A stretch of DNA of 64,000 nucleotides from Hydrolagus colliei (Eukaryota): positions 10,912,001 to 10,976,000 of the forward strand of contig CM068763.1 of the NCBI GenBank assembly GCA_035084275.1, read 5' to 3'. The notes beneath the pieces are model-generated. The model was not told where the DNA came from, did not search any database, and worked only from the letters and a program-made list of their open reading frames with translations. Shown here in pieces: positions 24,170-35,270 of the stretch. Both the position numbers and the translations under genes were made by a program. The number at the start of each line of letters is the position of its first letter. The first letter of the stretch is position 1.

Positions 24170-26890
24170 CTAGATGAATCCTTCCCCGTCCTCCAAGTTT
24201 CTCTGAATCTGCTGCTTGTCGTCCACATTATCTCCCGCAGATTCATTCTCTTCGCTGGACTCTATGTACACAGGCCAGCCTGGGTCCTTGTCTTCCTTCT
24301 CCTGGTTGTCTAAAACCTGCTCATTCTGGCTCAGGTTGACTGGCGATGACTCCTCATTGGTAGTCATTACACAGGTGCAGCCCTCGCAAAGACCAAAGCG
24401 CCTTGCTCCGTGCTGCAGGTTGCTGATAAATGTTCTCCTACATCCCTTGCACACAATCGGTCTGTTGGAGCGATGTACCTAAGGAAGAGATAGAAGGCAA
24501 CAAGCTCATTTCAATTTGCTGACAAACCGGTCGGTTGGTTTAAATCCGACAGGGCGTAGAATAGATTTGCAATGTCACAGTCAGTTTACATCTTCAAAAG
24601 CTTTAGATTTCTGGAAAGAAACACCTAATGTATGTTGAACAAGACAATTTGGGGTGACCATCCATGCTAAATTGAGTGGCTGAGTTTGAAATGGTTTTGG
24701 GGCCAGTAAACCGAAATGTATGAAAACGTATTCTGCAATTTGCATTACAATACAACATGACAATTTACTTTATGGCATCTTTCAGGTCAGGAGAACAACA
24801 ACAACAACAAATTACATTTATAGAGCACCTTTCACGTCGGGAGGACGTTGCACAGGAGGCGTGTGACCCGAGCTGAGAGGGGAGTGTTTGGGAAGGGGTG
24901 AAACACGAAGGGGAGGTCGAAGAGTTCGGGGTGGAACAAATTTGACTCATCATGTTTTTAAATTTTTTTGTGAAGGGATTATTACTTCCAGTCAATCAGC
25001 TAACAACCAGGTTCCTACTTACTGCTAGGTAAAAGAAGCGGGCGTGTGGGGGTAAGGAAATTTGCCCAAAGCTTCGCCCTGCCCGGGAATTGAACCCAAG
25101 TCCTCTTGCCTGCGAGGCGAGTGCTCTAACCACTGAGCTACAGGACTCCGTGGTGGAATAGGAAGGACCTAATATGACGGTTATTCCAGGATCTCAGGAA
25201 GACGTGACACTTTTACTCACACTTAAAGCGTGGCTGCGGAGGTGCTCCAGTCTGGTGAATCTCTTTCCACAAGTCTCACAGGGATACGGCCTCTCGCCGG
25301 TGTGTGAGCGCATGTGTCGCTTCAGTATACCTTTCTGCTTCGCCGTGTAGGTACAGAACGGGCACTTGTAGATCTTTTTTGGCACAATGATCCCGTTCCC
25401 TGGAAACAGAAACCGAACACACTTTCAAGAGGCACAGCCGCAGAGAGATTCAGACAAAACCACGATACGAAAAAAATAATAAGAATAATCGATCCAACAA
25501 TACGGTTATTAGTAAGTGAATAACAAACGGCTTGTACAAAAACAAACAAACAACCACAAAAAAATCAACCCTCGAACACAATGCAATCACTGCTGGCAGG
25601 TTAAAGGAATAGTTTGTTAAAAAGTAATTCTTTGCAACTGTTCAAAGAGGATTCATAGCCTTAGAGATGGTAAAGCTCAGAAACAGTCCATTCGGCCTCT
25701 CACAAAGACCAAAGCACAGGGTAGAGAAAGGAGAATTGTTTAGTGCAGGATTGCACATTGCAAACTATCACTTTTACTCGGCATGGGAAGATGTACAGAG
25801 AGAGGAGAGAATAGATTTTATTGGACCGGCTGAATATTTCAATTACAGCTGCAGTACTTGTCTGAATGTGTTAAATTATAGTTTTAGAATTTCAAATACT
25901 TTTAATAGATATTTCCCCCCCCACCATCATTACTGTTGCTGATGTGATCCACTTGAATGTTCGTTAGACTATCTCACCTGCATCTTCCCCATACCAGTCA
26001 CTTTGTACATCCATCATATTGGAGAAAGACCCTCCACCATCCTCTGAACGCCCTCCAACTCCTCTGGAAAAATGTTGGATTAGTTCTTCCTTCCGCTGAA
26101 CATTCCCGGTCCTCAACAAAACCTCCAAGAACTGCTTCATCTGATAATTCTCGTAGGCGATTTCTATTGCTGGGGTGGACTGCAACCTCTCCTCTACCTG
26201 ATCCGCGGCGGAGGTGGGAAACTGACGGAATCGTTCCACGGATTCCACCTCGTCCTCATCGTACTCAACCTTGGGTTCTGGAAGTTTGGGTAACGCCGGC
26301 TTGTCAGGCGAGAGGCTATCCTGATCTTTCTGGGCCAGATCAATTGAATGGTAAACCTCACATTCATTCCAAGAGAGTCCCTTGTTCCGATCAGGGCTGG
26401 ACTCCTTCTGCTGAACCGAGGACTGATTCCTGCAGTAATTAACAGCTTCCGCAAAGACTGCTACAGTCCCGCCGTTCTCCACGTGGTTGCAGTTATCATC
26501 CTTCTCGTCTTTTACACTGATATCGAGGGCAGATCTGATGTACAATTTGCAGAAGCTGACCACGTCAGTCATCTGCAGGTAACTGGCGGCCGACATGACT
26601 TCAATAACATTCTTGCTGCAAAGGTTTAACTTTCCAGAATACAGGAAGTCCAAGATAATGGAAAAAGCATCGGATGTTACAATGTCCAGGGAGGCAGTGC
26701 TGGGACGCCCACTATCGTGGATATAATGGATCAGCAGGGCTCTGAAGTAACCACTGTTGGCAAATAGGATATTGCGGTGTGCTTTGAAGATCCTTCCCTC
26801 CACAATGATGCTGCAGTCACAGAAGAAGTCCTGCTTCCTCTGTTCATTCAGCTCCCCCAGAAGCTTAGTGTAATAGGACGAGATCTCCAT
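24170..26890 (-). CDS. ZBTB8B: BTB/POZ and C2H2 zinc-finger protein ZBTB8B (~466 aa)
   Basis: Exons (minus): 26890-25978 ([52 protein letters not shown], diagnostic of ZBTB8B; acceptor gives exon start 26930), 25399-25221 (two C2H2 fingers), 24478-24170 ([13 protein letters not shown]..). The 1401-nt join is open. A putative non-coding exon 1 ends at 29605 (AAG|GTATTT). Confidence 0.92.
24985..25150 (-). mobile_element. SINE, long-core subfamily
   Basis: tRNA head plus an extra segment TTTTACCTAGCAGTAAGTAGGAACCTGGTTGTTAGCTGATTG that most copies lack. Confidence 0.8.
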
Positions 26891-27619
26891 CTTTCATCGG
26901 CGGGTGTTTGCCAAGGGATGCGTCTTTGATCTGCAAAATAAACGACATCACAGATAAAAGAGAGGTTTGTCCACTGGAGGACAGTTGATGGGAGATAAAA
27001 AAAAACATTGTTCCTGGGACACTGTTGTCTGATTTCAAGCACCCAGTGGTAGTTGGAGCGTCCTCCCGATGTGAAAGGCGCTCTATCAATGTAATTTTGT
27101 TGTTGTTATCAGATCATAATTCCCAGCTATAACATAATACAGTAAATTCAAAGCTCCCTTCACTCTACAACTTTACAACGCAAGTCATCTCCACTCACAG
27201 AAATACCGTACCACTAGTGGTGCATTTGTTTCCGTCCATTTTTCTACATCGGTTTTAACCCCCGGCCTTACTGAGCCGAGATTGTCGATTTAATGCCGTT
27301 TGTGTTGAATTGTGGCCAGTGTTGAGCTTTCGGCCCACTCACACAGGAAGATGGGTGAGGCTGGCCAAATGTATTTCATATGCATTCTTAAGAGCCAGGG
27401 GAAAGAGGAAATGTTCAGCCTACCAGTCTAGGATAGAATTAAAAGAAGAAAATAGGAGTCATACCAAGTACACGATTGTCCTTAGCAACATTTAATATTA
27501 TAATTGTAGCGATGTATTTAAATTAACACTGGTGCTGTGTTAGAGAGAAACAATTGTCCTATTGTTTTATGATTTATTTTCAGTCAACTGCATGTGAACT
27601 CAGCTGCATCTGGGTGGCG

Positions 27620-27935
27620 TCCTGTAGGGTATTGGTTAGAGCACTCGCCTCACAAGTAAGCGGACACGGGTTCAATTCCAGGGTGGGGCAAAATCTTAGG
27701 CAAGTTAAATTATTCTACATGCCTGTTTACTTAGAAATAAATACTAGCCCGGATGTTAGTCAACTGGCAGATGGCTTCCCAGAGGTAATAAACCCCTCGA
27801 AGAAAACAAAATGTAGTCACTCAAGCCATGACTGTTTTTGGACAACGCTGTCTGTGCGCAATTGGTTTTGCACACACAACGGACAGTCAATTTGCTTTAC
27901 AGTATATTCTTTGAGCGACTTTGATAGGTTTCAAT
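27620..27935 (+). mobile_element. Diverged SINE, long-core subfamily
   Basis: GTCCTGTAGG..GGTTAGAGCACTCGCC head, extended core and diverged tail. Confidence 0.7.
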
Positions 27936-28494
27936 GACATGATGTATCCCCCCTCTAAATTATTCTACAGCTATGCAGATTTTTGATAGAGCACAAAGTT
28001 CACTGTATCAAGCTTACAGTTAAGTTGCTCAGCTCACATGGACTGAAAATATTCAACTGTTACTGTTATAGCATTCCAGTGGAAAATATTGTACAGTCGA
28101 ACCTGTCAAAGCTGTTAAAACACCAACGCAAATATTCTTATGCAAAAAATAAATAAAGATACCCACTCCATTTGGGTAAATGAGTTCATCAAAAAAAATT
28201 AATCAATAGAACTGAAGTCATGCAGAGGGAAATACACAGGCAAAGGGACAGAGACACAATCATAATCCTTTTGATTTGCATTTGATATGGTTCCTGATTG
28301 CGTCTCAGAAGCACTTCACCAAACATAATGTAAAGTGAATTGACTGTATACTTTGTGGTCAAAACACAGCGGCCAATCGCGCACAGCAGTGGGCTCAGCC
28401 GTGGATTCAGTGACCAAATTATCATTACGTAGAGAGAGACACACGCAGACAGACAAACAGAGAGACACACAGATAGATAAACAGAGAGAGAGAG

Positions 28495-28645
28495 ACACAC
28501 AGATATTTATTAGGTCAGCATATGAAAGGATATGGGGGCAAGGGTGTGTGGGTGGGTAACTGGACTTGAGGTACAGATCAGCCATGATCTTAAGAGTAGA
28601 ACAGGCTCAAGGGGCTGAATGGCCCACTCCTGTTTTCTAGTTTCT
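28495..28645 (+). mobile_element. CR1-type 3' fragment
   Basis: AAGGATATGGGGGC..TGAGGTACAGATCAGCCATGATCTT..GGCTCAAGGGGCTGAATGGCCCACTCCTG. Confidence 0.7.
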
Positions 28646-29779
28646 TTGTTTCTATCACACAGGGCTTTGAATGGGGCCAATTCTGATATTTTTAATATAA
28701 AAAAATGACTATTTTCTGAGGAGAGATCAATGTGGCTATGACATCACAGATCCTTTGTTCAAACCATAAAAAAAGAGGCCTTGGATTTCATTCATTTTGT
28801 GGGTGGGAGAGAAGGGAAGGAAGTGGGAGGATTTAAACACTTCTCTCGTAAACCCCCCCCACCCCCCACATACCCTCAACCTCCTTTTTTTTAAATCGAG
28901 AAACAATCACCAAGAGCTGGGAATACAAAAAATAAAAAGGGGGGGGGGGGGTCAATAAATAAGTCGATGCAATGAAGCACACATCACGAATGAAATTACA
29001 TTAAAAATATAAATTAAAATATATATATATATATACACACACACACGCACAGTATATAAAAATATACGTTTCAAACTGACACAACTGTCTGGCTTCCAGA
29101 TCCCAACCCCCCCCAGGATGAGTGAGTGGGGGGGGGGGGGAGAGGGGGCGGAGAGTGGGGGGGAGGGGGAGAGTGGGGGGGAGGGGGGGGGAGGGGCATT
29201 TTGAAGACGCCTCGAAGACGTGATAAGGAGTTATATCAAATGCAATTATTATTATTATTATTATATTTACACCAGGCTTCAACCTCACCTCAGCGGCCCT
29301 TCATTCACTCGCGCCCTTTGAGGGGGAGGGTAGTGGTGGGGGGGGGGGGGTCTTTAAACATTCGCCACCCCACCCCCACCCCTCCTCTCTCTCTCTCTCT
29401 CTCCCTTCCCTACAGTTAACTCGTTAATGTCTGAGGTAATTAATCAACACAGACACACAAAAAAATAGATCGTCGCGTTTGTTAATTACCTTTCAAACGG
29501 CTTTCGTTGAAGAGGGAGTCAGTGGGGGGGGGGGGGGGGGTGAGGGGGAGGGAGGGGTGGGGGGAGAGGAGGGGGGGTGGAAAGAAACAAAAATAAAAAA
29601 ATACCTTTCTCTCTCTCTCTCTCTCTCTCTGTCTGTCTGTCTGTCTCTCTCTCAGTCTGTCTGTCTGACCGTCTGTCAGTCAGTCAAGTCAAGTCCTGCC
29701 TCCCTTCCCCCGCCCCAACCCCCCACACCTCTCCGGCCTGAACAGCCCGCGCCGCCCACCCGCCAACCGAGCTTCATAC

Positions 29780-30290
29780 CGGAAGCCACACCCCCCCCTC
29801 TCCCCCCCCCCCCCTCCGATTGACAGCCCGAGCAGCCAATCGGAACGCAGAGCGTAGAGGGGTGGCGGTGTCCTCAACCAATTCGTGTCGGGGATGATGG
29901 CGGGTGGGTGGGAGGGAGAGGGGAGTAAGGGCGGGACTTCAGTGAGAGACGGCTGCCTGCCAAGCGCGAGAGGAGGGAGGGAGGTTGGAGGGGTGGGGGG
30001 GGGTGACGGTGACCGCGCTGGCCGCTGGGAATTGTAGTTTTTCCGGTTAGTCACGTGGTCGCAGGTGGGAGTAAAGGCGGACGATGAGAGCGGGGGAAAC
30101 GGAACTACAACTCCCAGAGAGCAGTGCGGGAGATCGTTTCTGGTTCCCGCCCATTTGCCGACGCTGACAGTTGTGACCTCCTGACTTTTTCCGAACTGGC
30201 CGCGCCAGCAACCGCCTAGCAACTCGCCTAGCAACCGCCTAGCAACCCGCCTAGCAACCGCCTAGCAACCAGCGCCCAGAGGAGGTACCA
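29780..30290. promoter_or_regulatory. CpG-rich, probably bidirectional promoter of ZBTB8B
   Basis: CCGGAAG (ETS) ~29780, CCAAT at 29836 and 29878, ACTACAATTCCCA on minus at 30026-30038, ACTACAACTCCCAG on plus at 30104-30117 (ZNF143/THAP11 type), GTCACGTGG E-box at 30050, CCTAGCAAC (RFX half-site) array at 30204-30270; high CpG content. Confidence 0.75.
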
Positions 30291-30299
30291 CCCGCCGTA

Positions 30300-30680
30300 A
30301 AACAACAACAACAACAACACTGCTGATGACGATCATCATCATCATCATCATCCTTGCCTTTGCTTTCCCCACAATCAAAGTTTACATTTGGGTTCGGGAG
30401 GACGTCCCAAGGCGCTAAACAGTCAAACAGGGGTTGGGGTGGGAGTGGGAGTGGGGGGAGGGGGAGGGGGGGAGGGTGAGGGAAGAAAGTTGGGGTGAGG
30501 CACGGTGGGTCGAAGAGGAGGGTTTTGAGACCGGCCTTGAAGGAGGTGAGGGAGGGAGGGGGGAGGGAGGGAGGAGTGGGGGGGGGGAGGGAGGGAGGGA
30601 GGTGAAGCGATTTTGGGGGGATGGAGGGTATAGGCAGAGAGGCTGAAGGCCCGATCGCTAACGGTAGGGCGGTGGGACAG
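30300..30680 (-). mobile_element. L2 3' fragment
   Basis: Minus strand SLTSFKAGLKTLLFD and tail GCGCCTTGGGACGTCCTCCCG. Confidence 0.7.
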
Positions 30681-30899
30681 GTCACAGGATTCAGTGCCTT
30701 ATCATGTCTTCGATGACGTCTGACATCGGACCTCATGGTATATACTGTAAAGTGTAGTGACTGTGTATCCTGCGGGTGAAACGCAGCAGCCCTGGCTCCG
30801 ATGTAAAAATGCATACGATGACGACAACAACAACATGACACTTGTCCAGCGCCTGTCACGTCGGGAGGACATCTCCCAAGACATGCGGTGGCGAAGGCC

Positions 30900-31115
30900 T
30901 GGGTCAGGCCTGACTCAATTGGTAGCGCTCTCGCCTCTTACGTCGGAGGGTTGTGGGTTCAAGTCCCTACGTTAGGATTCAGAATCACATTAAGGTCTTC
31001 AGGTGACCCAACCATTGCCAGCGCTGGGGGGAGTGCTGCGTTGTTGGAGTTGACGTCCTTGGGGTGAAGGGGGTGGGGGTTAAACCGAGGTCCCGTCTGC
31101 CTGTTTGGGTGGACG
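30900..31115 (+). mobile_element. Ancient DeuSINE-like (SacSINE1/AmnSINE1-type) fragment
   Basis: tRNA-like head GACTCAATTGGTAGCGCTCTCGCCTCT..GGTTGTGGGTTCAAGTCCC, then GGGAGTGCTGCGTTGTTGGAG..TTAAACCGAGGTCCCGTCTGCCTG, resembling the recalled Deu-domain consensus. Confidence 0.65.
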
Positions 31116-33119
31116 ACGACGACAACAACTTAAATTTATCATAGAGCTCCTCACGCAGGTTTGCATCCCAGAGCGCTTGGAGGATGTGATTCTAAGGGAC
31201 ATTGCTGCGTGCAATTCGGCTGCTGTGTTCACTTTGAAATTCACAGCCACTCACTCCCACTTTACAGTAAATCCTGACATGAAAACCGATGCATTATATA
31301 CCAAATGCAAGGATTTTTATTCGGTAAATCTATCACTAGGTGGCACAAAAGAGCCAATGCCATTATCGTGGACAGGAATGAGCCTTTTGAATTTTAGAGG
31401 TGGTGGCTTTCTTAAAGACGGCCCATAAGAGGTTAATGAATAACTAAATGCATCCTTTCTAATGGCCATTCATTAAATGATTTACCTTAATGTTTATATG
31501 AGGTACAAACCAGCATTTTTCATGCTCTCAATACGTCTACAGCACCTGAAGATGATCTGCCATTGCACGGGTCAAAAACAAAAGTGCACTGACCAGCGCT
31601 TCAGCGGGGATGAGGGAATTGTGTCGTTTATGTTTGAAAACTTTTTAAGTGTATGTAAAACTGGAATAATATATTCTTAACACTTTCATAAAATAATCAG
31701 TTTTCTGTTAGTCCCTTCCCTTAATACAACAACGACAACAACTTCAATTTATACAGCGCCCTGCACGCCGGACGGCGTCTCAGAGCGCTTCAAATAAAAA
31801 GATTATTTTTCATTATCTGAAAAATCAGAGGCCAAACTAAAGGAATGAATGCGCATTATAGTAATACTAACTGTAGTTAGTTTATCTGCTTGAAAATGAG
31901 GATAACTAACCAGTTTGTTTAGAAAGGACTATTATGGAAATGTTACTGTAGCACTCTATTCACTGTGCAGTCACTCCTGTTGATTTACGCTGGAATTGAA
32001 AACAGATTTGAAACATGTACTCAGCGTGGGAAACATTTAACAACTTGAATTTTTTTTTTACAAGACGCAGAATTGCAAATAAAATTCCTCAATCAACCAG
32101 CAGAACCACAATAACGTGACCAAGACAGATTCGTCTAAGTTAAAACTTTGGGGCCAGAGGCTTTGAAATTTCTCATCTTCATTTATAAAAAGGTCAATAT
32201 CTCTCCAACTTAAACCAAAACAGAAAAACAGCTAAAGTTGACTATCCGGCTGTACTGAACATTACATTAATAATAATAATCCTTGCATTTGATCTAGTGC
32301 CTTATCACGCCTTTGAGATATCTCAAAGTGCTTCATAGACTATGTAAAGTGAATTGACTACATTTTATGGGCGAAACAGTTATAAATTTGCATGACTAAA
32401 TTTAAAATAAAATTAGAATCAGCAGTCTTGCGGCTAAAGAATCTATCTTTACAAAACAGCTTACAAAGTTCAGTCTTTATATGGCAATTCAGATTACACT
32501 CACAAAGCTTTTTGTGGAAAAAATTATATTGTCTTGCTTTTATTTACTGTGTATGTGAACATATTATTTCCATCAACAACATATGAGATATTGTATATGA
32601 AACGGAGACTTTATACAAACTAAAATACAAAGCATACAGTTTTCAAAGTATTCCAACAATCATTCGCTAAATGAAAACAAATAAAATAGCTACAGCTGAG
32701 TTTAACCTCGAACAGACTTATCTTCGTGGGGCAGAAAGTTTTGTTTTCGATCACGCACTTGCATTGAAAGAGCAATAAAGCTACTCATTTATTGGAGTAC
32801 CTATTTTCTGTAATGTACACTATGAAATCCCAGTGAAAGAGAATTCAATAATATTAATCTTTCGACATGGCGCTATCTGTGGTTGACTAATTCTGTATGT
32901 TTTCAGCTCATTGAAAAAAATATCAACACATGATAATCCTAATAACAATAATGATCTCTGCATATAGTACAGCACCTTTCATGTCAGGAATATGTTCCAA
33001 TGCATTTCACCAAATATATTGTAAAGTGAAGTACCATTTTGTGGATTAGTTTCACAAAATATATCGTCAATTCCCTTTTTACAGTATGTTTTGCAAAGCG
33101 CTTTGAGACGTCAAATGCA

Positions 33120-33462
33120 AGGATGTAAGGTGGATTCGACAGGGTGAATAAGGAAAAACTCTTTCCACTGATGGGCAAACTCGTGGTCACAGATTGAAAA
33201 CGAAGCAGAGGGGAGCTGAGGAGAAACTGTTTCACTCAGCGGGTTGTTTGAATCTGGAATGCATTGCCTTGAAAGGTGTTGGAGGCTGATTCGATAACAG
33301 CTTTAAAAGAGAATTAGATCTTTATTTAGGAAGAACAGGTCTGTTAGGTTATGGGGAGAGAGCTGGGCAGTGGGATTGAGTTGCTCTATTCAAAGAGCTG
33401 GCACAGACGTGATGGGCTGAATGGCCTCCTTTTGTGTTGTAAAATTCTATGATTCTATGATT
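33120..33462 (+). mobile_element. CR1 LINE 3' end with (ATTCTATG)n tail
   Basis: Encodes remnants FDRVNKEKLFPL..CFTQRVV..WNALP..FKRELD and ends ATTCTATGATTCTATGATT, the CR1 octamer tail. Confidence 0.85.
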
Positions 33463-34389
33463 ATAGTATTTGTTCTGACGAGGTGTCAGGAGAAGCTATT
33501 AAGTGAAGGGCATCCAAAATTCTTGCTTGGTTCTGACTACCTCAGTCCAACCATCAGTGGCCAAGGTTTCAGCCACAAAACTTCGGTCTCTTCATCCTTT
33601 AAAAATGGAGTGTGATGATCCTACCTTTGATCCTTCTGCAAATCCCAATTTAGTTTGTTACTATAGAATCTGTTTACACCATATGTTAAGATTTAATCTG
33701 GTGAAGAATTAGGTAAAGATGGGTCTAATGAAGCAAATTGTGAACTATATTCCTTTGCGGTTTGGAGGCAGTTAAAGCCGGAGACATTATGAGCCTGCTT
33801 TTGCAGGCTATTGTCTGATGTGGGTTGAGAATACTTATGCTTTGAAGATTCCCTTTTAAAACAATCTTCCTTTCAAAGGGGAACCGCTCTGGTAATTAGA
33901 ATCCGATGTCATATCCGCAAAACATGAAAAATATGACATTTTTAAAAAATTGGTCACTCAATCCACGACTATTTGTGGGACGCTGCTGTGCACATTTGGC
34001 TGCCAGGTTTTACCCGCAAAATATACAGTGAATTCACTTTACGATATATCCTGTGAAGCGCTTTGAGACGCTTAAGTGACATGGTAAGATGCTGTATCGT
34101 ATGCAAGACTCATTATTATTCATTGTTCCCTGCGATCTGAGTACATTAATAATCGCTAAAGCGTTACATTCTATTTAAAAGAGAATTTTTTTTAGGGTTG
34201 TTCAACCCCTGTTGAAGATTAACATATAATAAATACTTTTGACCATAAATCTATTCTGATTTATTTCCATTAAGTATTTATAAAGGAGAATTCCAATTTG
34301 GAAATGGATTTAGTGCAGAAGATCACAGTTGTTAACAATTAATTATATACCTTTCATTGTACAATTGGTGGCCGTGTCTCTTCATCCAG

Positions 34390-34500
34390 CAATCCCTGGA
34401 ACCCTCTCCCTCAATCCCATCCACCTTCAAATCCCACCTAAAGACCTTCCTTTTTGATGGTGCTTATGGTCACCTCGCTCCTTCCTCAACCCTTGGATTT
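34390..34500 (+). mobile_element. L2 ORF2 C-terminal fragment
   Basis: PSTFKSHLKTFLFDGAYGH. Confidence 0.6.
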
Positions 34501-34809
34501 GTTCCATTCATTTTCGAACATGATTACTGGAAAAGGAACAGTCATTGTGATCTTCAAAAACAACCCTGGAGTTTTGTGGTCAGTTGTGAGAATCTCACAG
34601 CGAGTCATGTTAGAAGTAGGAATAAAACTTTGTTTCCCTTGACATAACCCACTGGTAACATCTGTGCTAAGAGACACACCCTCATCAGCAAAACCAAATT
34701 CATTTCACATGGAACATTTGTGAGCTTGCACAGCAAGAACAATTTTACGAGTCCAAACGGCATTAATGACTAGGATTCAATGACGCAGGCCAGTGTAAGG
34801 TAGTTAAGT

Positions 34810-34920
34810 TGCAGATGAAATGTCATCAACCTGAAATGTTAACTCACACTCCTCTCCATAGATCCTGCGTGACCTGCTAGAAATGTGTTCCTAGACATTT
34901 CTGTTATCATTTCAGATTCT
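34810..34920 (+). mobile_element. Single arm of the palindromic element family, with a degenerate hammerhead-like core
   Basis: CAGATGAAATGTCATCAACCTGAAATGTTAACTC..CTCTCCATAGATCCTGCGTGACCTGCT..TTTCAGATT, homologous to 14896-14990. Confidence 0.55.
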
Positions 34921-34969
34921 CCTGAAAATAAAATGGGAATATTCTGTTTTTAAAAAAAATAGATGTTAA

Positions 34970-35270
34970 GTCCTGTAGCTCAGTGGTTAGAGCACTCGCC
35001 TTGCAAGCAAGAGACCTGGGTCCAATTCTTGGCGGGGGCGAAACCGTGGGCAAGATGGCTTACTCCACACGCCTGATCATAATCCCTAAAACAAAAACAA
35101 TAATGATTTGGTCACTCAATCCACGTCTGTTTGTGGGGGACGCTGTTGTGCGCAATTGGTTGCCACGTTTTGCCCACAAATATAGTCCATTCACTTTACA
35201 GTATGTTCTGTAAAGCCGTCTAGAAGATGTGAAAAGTGCTGTATCAAATGTACGGATTATTATTTATTAT
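34970..35270 (+). mobile_element. tRNA-derived SINE, full length
   Basis: Head, body and tail all present. Confidence 0.88.

Noticed and set aside
30204-30270. CRISPR-like array
   Set aside because: The DNA is eukaryotic, the repeats are 11-12 bp head-to-tail with no unique spacers, and no cas genes are present.
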